This document shows, piece by piece, positions 1 through 8,032 of a DNA stretch of 28,311 nucleotides. The notes under the pieces are model-generated. The model did not search any database. It was not told the origin of the DNA and was given only the letters and a program-made list of their open reading frames with translations. How positions within the stretch are numbered: position 1 is the stretch's first letter; each line of letters opens with the position of its first letter. The translations under genes and the position numbers were made by a program. Source of the stretch: Candidatus Heimdallarchaeota archaeon (GTDB lineage: Archaea; Asgardarchaeota; Heimdallarchaeia; Heimdallarchaeales; Kariarchaeaceae); the NCBI GenBank assembly GCA_015523565.1, contig WAKA01000190.1:1-28311 (forward strand), written 5' to 3'.

Positions 1-6
1 GACATC

Positions 7-1170
7 ATGAACGTTGATGCTGAAGGGTTAAGTTTGTACTTGTCCACGCTCATGCTGTTATTAGTCCCCACCATGGATTTAGCCATTGAATTGTCACTGG
101 CAATTTTCGGCATCCTCTTTTTGGCAAATGTCCTGCTTATCCTGAAAGTACATCACCCATATTTGGCGGTTCCCATACATAAAAAAATATTGACGCCCTT
201 TTTCAAAACAGCAGGATTATTTATACTCTTCTTTACTTATATGATTACGTTTGCCTCTGGCAAAACGAAAAATGATCCAACCAAATTAAGCTGGCCTGGT
301 GCAAAGAGTTGGTTGGATCAGCAAAATGTTCCCCCACCAGAGGGATTCAAGTCTTGGATCGACTTTTTCCTTTTTAAGCCCCATATTCTCTTGTTTTTCT
401 TCGCGGTTCTTGGCATTTTCATCATAATTATTTTGCTTCCCGAAATCATTGTCCAGACAGGTATGGTCAAGGCACCCAAACTGAGAAGAATCCGCCAGCT
501 TCACGACTTCTACGATGATTTTGTTCCGGACTTCAACAGGTTTTGGAGACTGTGGTCTGAGAAGGTTCTTTCGGTGAGTGAGGGTCCGGCTCCTGAACAG
601 TGGTTTAAACTTCTCGAGGATCCCATTTGCCTTCCCAGTGACCTGTTTGAACGACTGCCTTTCCTTTCGGATTGGAGTTTCATCGAGGTAATGGGCGGCA
701 AGCTCAGGTTTGTCTCAATCGATGTGGTCACAACCAAGAGGATAGGCATTCTTTCTTTTCAAAACCATTACGATCTTCTGCCCACCTTTCTGAGGGATCC
801 AACTGCACTGACAGTGGGCATAGTCTCGTTTCCCATCCCAAAGGACATGATCCGTCACCTGGAAGGGCACGGAGCTGTCGATTTTGAGGATTTCGACAAT
901 ATGGGCAGTCATGTCTCACTGTTTCTGAGGTTAGAGGATAAAAGCCCCAACCGACCGTTATTGGAAGGCTTGAAATCCTTCTGGCAGGCACATGAGAGGG
1001 AATACCTTGAAGAGGTGGAGAGGCTGAAAGCGGAGCTTCGGCAGGAACTCCAAGAGCCCCTGAATCTCGGATGGAGAAATCCCATCAGGCGATTGAGAAG
1101 GAAGCATGAGCTGAAGGTCAAGAAGAACCTGTTAAATGAGTTGGAACGGGAATTTTCCGATAATGTCTAG
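7..1170 (+). CDS. Hypothetical multi-pass membrane protein with C-terminal soluble domain and coiled-coil tail (may be 5'-truncated at the window edge)
   Basis: 387-aa ORF with about 4 hydrophobic segments in the first 150 aa and a charged helical C-terminus (EEVERLKAELRQELQE). No family recognised. Confidence 0.7.
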   Translation: MNVDAEGLSLYLSTLMLLLVPTMDLAIELSLAIFGILFLANVLLILKVHHPYLAVPIHKKILTPFFKTAGLFILFFTYMITFASGKTKNDPTKLSWPGAKSWLDQQNVPPPEGFKSWIDFFLFKPHILLFFFAVLGIFIIIILLPEIIVQTGMVKAPKLRRIRQLHDFYDDFVPDFNRFWRLWSEKVLSVSEGPAPEQWFKLLEDPICLPSDLFERLPFLSDWSFIEVMGGKLRFVSIDVVTTKRIGILSFQNHYDLLPTFLRDPTALTVGIVSFPIPKDMIRHLEGHGAVDFEDFDNMGSHVSLFLRLEDKSPNRPLLEGLKSFWQAHEREYLEEVERLKAELRQELQEPLNLGWRNPIRRLRRKHELKVKKNLLNELEREFSDNV

Positions 1171-1217
1171 ATTATGGCGGACGGTGGACGAATACAATTG
1201 GATGACTTGGATTGTAA

Positions 1218-1778
1218 TTGCACTTGACATTGCCTTCGGGTATGCCGCCATGGAGACAGGGGGTGCGCCCCTGCTCATTGGCATGCTTGGCGAAATTCAC
1301 GATCCCAAAAGGCAATATGACACCACATCAGGGAAAAGAGGGATGCAATGATCAACGTAATTGTGACAGGTGCCATGCAAGCAACTTTGATTCAGTTGAA
1401 GAACAGACAAAATTCAAGGAGGATACATCACAATTCTTTCTTTCCCTTTTTGGTTACCATTTATTGTTTGCTGCAATTAATGGGATGGTTTATAGTAGGA
1501 AATCTTCATTGGAAGTTATGAATGATCTGCTTTCTCCAGTTATTGGTCAATTCATTTTTGACAAGGTGGTAAAGAGTTTATTTGTTATTACTGGAGTGTT
1601 GGGGTTATTATATTCCTTTACTGACTTGATAATTTATCCACATTTAAGATTTTTGCTTATTGATTTAATATTAACTGTAACTGGACTTTTCAATCAATTT
1701 ATGTCTATAGTTTTGCTTATGCTGAACCTAATTGTAGCCTTTGTCTACGGATTGATTGCAGGTTATTTGAAATTTTAG
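1218..1778 (+). CDS. Hypothetical membrane protein, start uncertain (possibly frameshifted with the ORF at 1163-1351)
   Basis: The C-terminal 110 aa carry 3-4 TM helices. The N-terminus has only a TTG start and overlaps another short hydrophobic ORF. Confidence 0.45.
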   Translation: MHLTLPSGMPPWRQGVRPCSLACLAKFTIPKGNMTPHQGKEGCNDQRNCDRCHASNFDSVEEQTKFKEDTSQFFLSLFGYHLLFAAINGMVYSRKSSLEVMNDLLSPVIGQFIFDKVVKSLFVITGVLGLLYSFTDLIIYPHLRFLLIDLILTVTGLFNQFMSIVLLMLNLIVAFVYGLIAGYLKF

Positions 1779-1788
1779 GTGATGAAAA

Positions 1789-2943
1789 GTGTCGAAAGCA
1801 AAAGTTAGCGGAAACGTGGCGAACACATCTCGCACTAGTTTAACAATCTCTTCAATAGTCTATTTTTCGATGTTCAGTTTTGCAATTGTTCTCATTGGCT
1901 TTTTTGCTTTGCTAACGGGAAATTCCATTGCCAAAAGTTTTTTGGAATTCTTGACTCCAAATCCAGAGCAAAATCTAATGGTTTCGGTAGGATTAATTGC
2001 TTTCGGAATGCTATTATTCATGGGATTTTTAATTGGTAGTCTTCTTAGGTACTTAAAAAAACCACATGCCTATGCCATATCATTCTATCGTTTTCTCTTT
2101 TATTCAACTCCTTTATTGGGGTTCTTTCTTGGTCACGCCGTTATTTCTGTAATATTCTATTCAGAAAGAATTTTGTTTACCATTGTGCTGGCAATTGTCT
2201 TAGCTTTATTTTTGTTTCGAATGAATTTGTTTCACAGTTATTTGGTTACAGAAAGCAAAATTCCTATTTTCTCACGATTGGATGGGTTACGATCCCATTG
2301 GACTTATTTTCTTTTAGTTTTTGCTTGGCTTTCAGGACAGATAACAATTATGATTTCTGTAGGAAACAAAGGTATACTTGTCTTTACAATTCTTTTATTA
2401 TTTGTAAACATTCTTTTTTTCTTTCATTTAATAAAACTGGAGGATTTGTTTGCAAGATATTTCTTTTGGATGGAGGTCTTTGCCATAATGATACTTGCTT
2501 TTGATTTGATTGTCAAAGAAATTATTGGAAACAGCTTGGTGTTTGGGAACAATCCGACGTTATTTTGTTTAGGAGTTGCTTCTCTAGTAGCATATGCCCA
2601 ATCTAAAAATGTGCTTTTCCTATGCAGGAAACAAATCGAGAAAATTTGTATTGTTCCTGGAACAATGAGAAAAGTGTTTTTTTCAGGGGAAAATGCCATT
2701 GATGAAATGAATAACATGTATCTTGGACAAATGAATGATTCCTTGGTTTTTCTTTTAGCATATAGGGTTTCCTCTCATCCCATCCTTATTGATATTCAGC
2801 AGTTTCTTGAATTGAAGGAAAAGATTGAAATGCAGGAAGGTTTTAAGGCAGAAAAGCTTGTGGCAGTGGCAATGAAATTTCCCGATGAAGTTTTGCAATT
2901 TGCTACTTCAAAGGGTATTATTGTACTTGAATGCAAAAAGTGA
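1789..2943 (+). CDS. Polytopic membrane protein with a C-terminal soluble domain resembling a degenerate Mrr/restriction-endonuclease fold
   Basis: GTG start preceded by AGGTGA; about 8 TM segments; tail VAVAMKFPDEVLQFATSKGIIVLE resembles the Mrr_cat C-terminal pattern. Confidence 0.7.
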   Translation: MSKAKVSGNVANTSRTSLTISSIVYFSMFSFAIVLIGFFALLTGNSIAKSFLEFLTPNPEQNLMVSVGLIAFGMLLFMGFLIGSLLRYLKKPHAYAISFYRFLFYSTPLLGFFLGHAVISVIFYSERILFTIVLAIVLALFLFRMNLFHSYLVTESKIPIFSRLDGLRSHWTYFLLVFAWLSGQITIMISVGNKGILVFTILLLFVNILFFFHLIKLEDLFARYFFWMEVFAIMILAFDLIVKEIIGNSLVFGNNPTLFCLGVASLVAYAQSKNVLFLCRKQIEKICIVPGTMRKVFFSGENAIDEMNNMYLGQMNDSLVFLLAYRVSSHPILIDIQQFLELKEKIEMQEGFKAEKLVAVAMKFPDEVLQFATSKGIIVLECKK

Positions 2944-3124
2944 ACTTTTCCATAATTTTTTAATCAGGTTCCACCACAATACTTTGATTACTTCCCATCT
3001 GATGATTAATCTGGTTTTTTAATTAATTTTTGCAATGTGTCTATAAGGTGAATGCAATTAATTTCAGATTTTTCAATAAATTGTCATCCATAATTTTAAT
3101 GATTGCATGTTTGTTTGCTTATTC

Positions 3125-3150
3125 CACATTGCAATGGTTATGCATATAAT
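3125..3150 (+). promoter_or_regulatory. Putative TATA box with adjacent palindrome upstream of the Rpn-like gene
   Basis: ATATAAT at 3144-3150, 22-28 nt before ATG 3172; perfect palindrome CATTGCAATG at 3127-3136. Confidence 0.35.
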
Positions 3151-3171
3151 TCAGTTCGTTTATGTCAGTTT

Positions 3172-3897
3172 ATGGTTTGGGATGCCAGTTTTAAGAATTT
3201 CTTGAAAAGATTTATTGAAGCAGACATTTCCACTGAAATTGATGTTCCAACAGCTAACCTCAGACTTGACTTCTTAATTAAAAAAAAAGGGAAGTTGCCC
3301 TTTCCTTTTTCTTATACTAAGGGAACAATATTGGGGGAATTCAAGAGTGAAAGGGACAAATTTTCAATTGACGACATATACAAAGGGTTGGCAAAGGCTT
3401 ATCTTCATATAGGGTCAAGCAAATCAGAAAATGTCACGGATGTTACACTGATGTTCATAATTGGGGAAAAACCTCTACCTTCAAAACTTCCTGTTTATTT
3501 TGATTTAAATCCAATTGAAAAAGGCGTCACAGTGCTTCAACATCAGGTTCATACTATTGTTGTTGAACTTGACAAGATAGAATACGATGAAGAAAACATG
3601 TTTCTTGGTATTTTTGCGTCCAAACCAATCAGGAAACGGATAATTGCCAAAGCCCTTCAAGAAAGGGAAAGTTTTATTATATCATATTCATATTTTCTTT
3701 ATAAGGACGAGGTGGTCGAAGTGGCTAAGGCAGAGAATATTGAAGTTGATCCTAGAGCATTAAGCATAAGGTCAGCAGTGGAAAGCATTGGGATAGATCG
3801 GATCATAGAGGAATTTGGGATTGAAAAAACGTTGAGTCAATTGACTCCAGAACAGAAAGATAAGATTTTGAAAATACTTTCTCAAGAAAGGAAATAA
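3172..3897 (+). CDS. Rpn-like / PD-(D/E)XK nuclease-family protein with C-terminal helical repeat domain
   Basis: ATG 3172 (MVWDASFK) is in frame with the listed ORF. Motifs WDASFK, LRLDFLI and GEFKS fit PD-(D/E)XK. C-terminus IGIDRIIEEFGIEKTLSQLTPEQK. Confidence 0.7.
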   Translation: MVWDASFKNFLKRFIEADISTEIDVPTANLRLDFLIKKKGKLPFPFSYTKGTILGEFKSERDKFSIDDIYKGLAKAYLHIGSSKSENVTDVTLMFIIGEKPLPSKLPVYFDLNPIEKGVTVLQHQVHTIVVELDKIEYDEENMFLGIFASKPIRKRIIAKALQERESFIISYSYFLYKDEVVEVAKAENIEVDPRALSIRSAVESIGIDRIIEEFGIEKTLSQLTPEQKDKILKILSQERK

Positions 3898-4015
3898 TTG
3901 TTTGCAGAAATATGCTAGAGTTTAATGATTTTTTCATTACTTAGATTAGCTCCTCATGAAAGAGAAGGTTTTATTACAATATTTTCATATTTTTCATAAG
4001 AAGGAGATATAAAAA

Positions 4016-4270
4016 ATGTCAAAGGAAGGGAACGAAGTTGATCCCATATCATTAAGCATAAGGTCAGCAGTGGAAAGCATTGGGATAGATCGGATCATAG
4101 AGGAATTTGGGATGGCTAGGATCATAGAGGAATTTGGGATGGCTAGGATCATAGAGGAATTTGGGATGGATCGGATCATAGAGGAATTTGGGATTGAAAA
4201 GACGTTGAGGCAATTGACTCCAGAACAGAAAGATAAGATATTGGAGATACTTTCCCAAAAAGCTGAATGA
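4016..4270 (+). CDS. Small protein paralogous to the C-terminal domain of the upstream Rpn-like protein (candidate RpnS-type antitoxin, or a gene fragment)
   Basis: AAGGAG RBS before ATG; nt 4050-4113 are identical to 3758-3821; four 9-aa repeats; T-run after the stop. Confidence 0.65.
   Translation: MSKEGNEVDPISLSIRSAVESIGIDRIIEEFGMARIIEEFGMARIIEEFGMDRIIEEFGIEKTLRQLTPEQKDKILEILSQKAE
4082..4189 (+). repeat. 4 x 27-bp in-frame tandem repeat encoding G(I/M)(D/A)RIIEEF
   Basis: Units start at 4082, 4109, 4136 and 4163 (gggatRgMtMggatcatagaggaattt). A single copy lies at 3790-3816. Confidence 0.95.
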
Positions 4271-4291
4271 TTTTTTGGAATTAATTTCAGT

Positions 4292-6397
4292 TTATTTGAT
4301 TTTGTTGGATTTCTTTGTTCTTGGATCACATTTGTTTTGTTCAAAAGGTTGTATCCAAATATACTTGAAACATCCTCCTGCTTTGTTGGCGTTATAATTT
4401 TCTTTGACATTTTCATATGAAGATATTCCTTTTGGATCAAAGAAAAGCACTTTTTTCATTCTTGGCAAGATGACTGTCCAAAAATGATCACCTATTTCAA
4501 TTCCAATCCATTTTCTTTTTAATTTATGTGCAACGGCAATTGTTGTTCCACTTCCCGCGAAAAAGTCCATTACGTATTCATGTGGTTTTGTGCTGGTTAG
4601 GATTACTCTTTCAAGGAGTTCTTCAGAATTTTCCGTTTGAAATCCCCAAGAGGAAGTGTACCCTTGGATATCTGTCCAGTTTGAATCAATGGGGAAATCT
4701 TTTCTTTCTTCAATGAGGTAATCGACTTTTGGATTGTTCAATCCACATTCTGGACACCCTTTCCACGTTCCTTTTCTATGGATGTATCCACAGGGGCATC
4801 TAATTCTTATTTTTTCTTGTTTTTCAAGTTCATCGATTTTTTTTTGTGAAAAGGTCCATCCTCTTCCTTTCGGAGGGGATATTTTGGCACCGAAAATTTT
4901 TTTTGCTTTTCCTCCGCTGATGGAAAGGTTCATGGAAGTCATGTCATGCCAATATGGTTTTTTTGGTTTTGTCAATTTTTTACGGAACGGGTTGAAGTAA
5001 TGATTGTTTGATTTGGAATAAAAGAACAGTGAATCATTTGCGACAGGGTAACGTTTTGCATTGAATCCCTTTTTGACGATCCTCTTGATTTGGATTTCGT
5101 TTCTGAAATTATCGGGACTGAATATCTGATCCATCAATAATCTTACAAGCATGTTGCCATTATGGTCACATCTGACAAAAATGGATCCATCTTTTTGGAG
5201 AAAATGTTTGGCTATCGAAAGTCGGTTTTCGAGGAGAGTTATCCATGTGCTGTTCTTATAGTTGGTTTTATACTTGTATCTGTTTTGTCCACCTAAATTG
5301 AATGGGGGATCGATATAGATTGCCTTGACTTTTTCTTTGAATAATGGCAAAAGAAAATTGAGCGCTTGGAAATTTTCAGAGAAAATGAGCCATCCGTCAA
5401 TTATTTTCTCGTTTATTATTTCTGAGAAACTAAAATTGAAGTATTTGGTATCAAGTGGCAAGAACTGTATAGGTTTTGGCAATATTTCTGTTTTCAAGGA
5501 AATGGGTTCAGAGATGAATCCAAGTTCCATCCATTCCTGCATTTGCATTTTCCAACCTTCTGTTTCTGATAATTCCATTAGAAGTTTCATTCCTCCAATT
5601 TCCAATATCCTGTCCAAGGTGATAACAAAATGGGTTTCCAGGATAGGTTTTATTTTGAGCCATCTGTTGAGTTCATGATGAAGGATATCTATCAGAAAAT
5701 TGATGATTATGTCTCCCAATTGTACAAAAATGCCAAAATTATTTCTGTTTGAGATGAATTGTTTGTATTTCCAATAATTGAACTGTTCTTGTAGAAATTC
5801 TTTTGGGTTTTTTGGTATAAAGTACTCAATCTCATTTCGGTTCCAATAACTGTTGATTGCTTTTTTGATTGGTGAGGTTTTAAGGTTCAATGCTTTGGAA
5901 AGGGAGTCAATGAAGTCGTTTAGATTGAAATTATTGTTGACCGGGTTGCAATTAAGCAAAATATGAACCTGGACTTGTCTACTTGTCTTTTTTATGTTTT
6001 TGATTTTCATTGAAATGAATGCTCTATAGACCCTTGACTTTTCCGTTAGTTGGCTTGTGTCAAAAAAAAATGAAAATTGTTTTCCTTCTATTTTTATTGT
6101 TGTTTTTTCAGATTTGAATTCCCCTTCTTTTCGTATTAGGTAATGTTGTTCTGTTATCCATACAAGTTTGACATCATTGAGATTCACAATTCTTTCTTTT
6201 GGTTTAGCTTTCAAATTCAATGACTTGACAAATTCAGTCATAGTTTCAAGGTTTTTTTCATGAAGCAAGGTTTCTTGTTGTAATAATTCATTTTTTAATT
6301 CAATTGTTCTTTCCTTCTCCCCAATTGGCTCAAGATATGCGGAAACTGCCTTGATCAGTTTATCCACTTGTTTCATTAGATCCTGCTGATTTTTCAT
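4292..6397 (-). CDS. Site-specific DNA amino-methyltransferase, beta class, type III Mod-like; no res gene adjacent
   Basis: Catalytic IYIDPPFN precedes SAM-binding DFFAGSGTT; SENFQAL, WITLLENRL and RKWIGIE motifs; Cys-rich insert in the target-recognition region. Confidence 0.9.
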   Translation of the reverse strand: MKNQQDLMKQVDKLIKAVSAYLEPIGEKERTIELKNELLQQETLLHEKNLETMTEFVKSLNLKAKPKERIVNLNDVKLVWITEQHYLIRKEGEFKSEKTTIKIEGKQFSFFFDTSQLTEKSRVYRAFISMKIKNIKKTSRQVQVHILLNCNPVNNNFNLNDFIDSLSKALNLKTSPIKKAINSYWNRNEIEYFIPKNPKEFLQEQFNYWKYKQFISNRNNFGIFVQLGDIIINFLIDILHHELNRWLKIKPILETHFVITLDRILEIGGMKLLMELSETEGWKMQMQEWMELGFISEPISLKTEILPKPIQFLPLDTKYFNFSFSEIINEKIIDGWLIFSENFQALNFLLPLFKEKVKAIYIDPPFNLGGQNRYKYKTNYKNSTWITLLENRLSIAKHFLQKDGSIFVRCDHNGNMLVRLLMDQIFSPDNFRNEIQIKRIVKKGFNAKRYPVANDSLFFYSKSNNHYFNPFRKKLTKPKKPYWHDMTSMNLSISGGKAKKIFGAKISPPKGRGWTFSQKKIDELEKQEKIRIRCPCGYIHRKGTWKGCPECGLNNPKVDYLIEERKDFPIDSNWTDIQGYTSSWGFQTENSEELLERVILTSTKPHEYVMDFFAGSGTTIAVAHKLKRKWIGIEIGDHFWTVILPRMKKVLFFDPKGISSYENVKENYNANKAGGCFKYIWIQPFEQNKCDPRTKKSNKIK

Positions 6398-6489
6398 ATT
6401 AAAGATTGTTTCTCATTGTGTCAAAATAATTTATGAGATGGGTGCATTAGAAGTCTAGAAATAAAAAAGAAATATAACTTCAAATTTGT

Positions 6490-6837
6490 ATGGACTTCAT
6501 AATGGACTGGAAACCTGAAGAAATAAGGATAAGACTGTCTCGTTTACTCGATACACTTGTTACATTGGCGATGGAGGACAACTTGGTTACTGATGATGAG
6601 GAGGCAATAATAGAGCGTATAAGGTTTGCCCTGTGGTCATTGGAGAACGAATTTCAAGAGCTGATTAAGCTGGATGAATATTCGTTTAGGAATAAAATGC
6701 AAAGCATGTTTGATAAGGTTCTCCAAGATGTTATTTCTACCGCAAGGGCTGATGGTTTGATTACAAGTGACGAAAACAGGTTGATTAAGAAGATCAAGGA
6801 ATTTCTAGCAACAAATGGGCTGTCTAGAATTATTTGA
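6490..6837 (+). CDS. Small helical TerB-like protein with duplicated A-x-x-D-(G/N)-x-(I/V)-T-x-D-E motif
   Basis: AMEDNLVTDDE and ARADGLITSDE. Confidence 0.65.
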   Translation: MDFIMDWKPEEIRIRLSRLLDTLVTLAMEDNLVTDDEEAIIERIRFALWSLENEFQELIKLDEYSFRNKMQSMFDKVLQDVISTARADGLITSDENRLIKKIKEFLATNGLSRII

Positions 6838-7957
6838 CTCCTAGCAGTAAGCTAACTAATGCTTGGACTATTCCCGAAGCGATGAATCTTAGAATGAGTG
6901 CAATTATGACTGTTGCAAATGCAAGTCCCCATCCTTGATCCAATGCACGTTTAATGCAATACATGAAAACAAGAATTGCCCAAATATATGCCAAAATACC
7001 TGCCAATCCAATAATTAATGAAATATTCCCCAAATTAATCAGTAACTGTGCGATTGCAGTGGCAATTAATCCATATCCTAGCAGTCTTATGATCTCGCTG
7101 GGGGAAGTTTCAGTTCCTGCACCTCCGAGTCCCTTTCCTACATATGCTATTGCAAGGATGTAAACAGGAAATCCAACAAAATAAGTAATGAATAATCTGG
7201 CAAATGTAAAAACAAAGGAGGAATTAGTACTTGGATAAAGATATTCAAAAATAACATTAGCCAAGAAGGAAACGAAAAGTGAAATTCCCAGCAAGATTCG
7301 ACCTTCCTTATCCAAATCTTCTCTACGTTCAATTTCCTCAACTATATCGATGTTGAATGTTAATACACCAAAAATTCTTTGCCAAATGGATTCAGTTTCT
7401 TTATATCCTGCGGGAATTACATATTTGTTTGGATTGAAATATTGTTGTTGAGAGACAGGAGCTCCCATCATTGGGTTGTAAGGGGTATTTCCATACTGTC
7501 CCTGAGGATATTGTGGCGGGTATTGCCCTTGTGGATATTGGCCTTGTGGTGGGTACTGTCCCTGAGGGTATCGCCCTTGAGGAGGATACTGTCCCTGTGG
7601 TGGGTACTGTCCCTGAGGATATTGGCCCTGTGGTGGGTACTGTCCCTGAGGATATTGACCCTGTGGTGGGTACTGCCCTTGAGGATATTGTCCTTGTGGT
7701 GGGTACTGCCCTTGAGGAGGATACTGTCCCTGTGGAGGTTGTTCTTGAGGAAATTGAGTTGGACTACTTTTGGAGTCAGGTACAGTTTGATTTTGTTGTT
7801 GTGTTGTTTCCAATTCATTAGAATTTTCTGTTCCTAGAGTTTTAGCGGGTTTTTCTTCCTGAATTTCAGAAGGTGCATCGACAGGAGTACCACAGTTGGT
7901 ACAGAATTTTTGTCCAGTTACGTCGGCACCACATGATACACAATATTGTGGAGGCAT
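6830..7957 (-). CDS. Zn-ribbon + PQGQY low-complexity repeat + Yip1-like membrane domain protein
   Basis: CVSCG..FCTNCGTP at the N-terminus, about 15 (P)PQGQY repeats, and 5 C-terminal TM helices with a Yip1-like pattern (RLLGYG, WAILV..IKRALD). Confidence 0.8.
   Translation of the reverse strand: MPPQYCVSCGADVTGQKFCTNCGTPVDAPSEIQEEKPAKTLGTENSNELETTQQQNQTVPDSKSSPTQFPQEQPPQGQYPPQGQYPPQGQYPQGQYPPQGQYPQGQYPPQGQYPQGQYPPQGQYPPQGRYPQGQYPPQGQYPQGQYPPQYPQGQYGNTPYNPMMGAPVSQQQYFNPNKYVIPAGYKETESIWQRIFGVLTFNIDIVEEIERREDLDKEGRILLGISLFVSFLANVIFEYLYPSTNSSFVFTFARLFITYFVGFPVYILAIAYVGKGLGGAGTETSPSEIIRLLGYGLIATAIAQLLINLGNISLIIGLAGILAYIWAILVFMYCIKRALDQGWGLAFATVIIALILRFIASGIVQALVSLLLGVK
7493..7738 (-). repeat. 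Coding tandem repeat of 15/18-bp units encoding (P)PQGQY
   Basis: About 15 units with synonymous variation between them. Confidence 0.95.
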
Positions 7958-8032
7958 AATTCATTATCACATATTCGATTTTTAAGTATTTAATATTAAA
8001 GCGAAAAATTCTGTTGCATGTGATGAAAAAAA

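Noticed and set aside
3103-3171. Extended TTG-start N-terminus of the Rpn-like ORF
   Set aside because: It overlaps the promoter-like AT-rich sequence, and ATG 3172 (MVWDASFK) fits the expected family start better.
4082-4189. CRISPR array
   Set aside because: Units are contiguous 27-mers with no unique spacers and keep the reading frame, so this is a coding VNTR.
3742-4260. Diversity-generating retroelement TR/VR pair
   Set aside because: Mismatches between the copies include T/C and G/T changes and are not adenine-specific, and there is no reverse transcriptase in the window.
3994-4440. Minus-strand 148-aa and 64-aa ORFs with repeats
   Set aside because: They are antisense shadows of the 27-bp repeat. 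The plus-strand frame has the RBS and the paralogy.
7379-7837. Repeat-rich ORFs in other frames (7379-7837, 7468-7818, 7471-7821)
   Set aside because: They are stop-free shadows of the PQGQY coding repeat on the minus strand.
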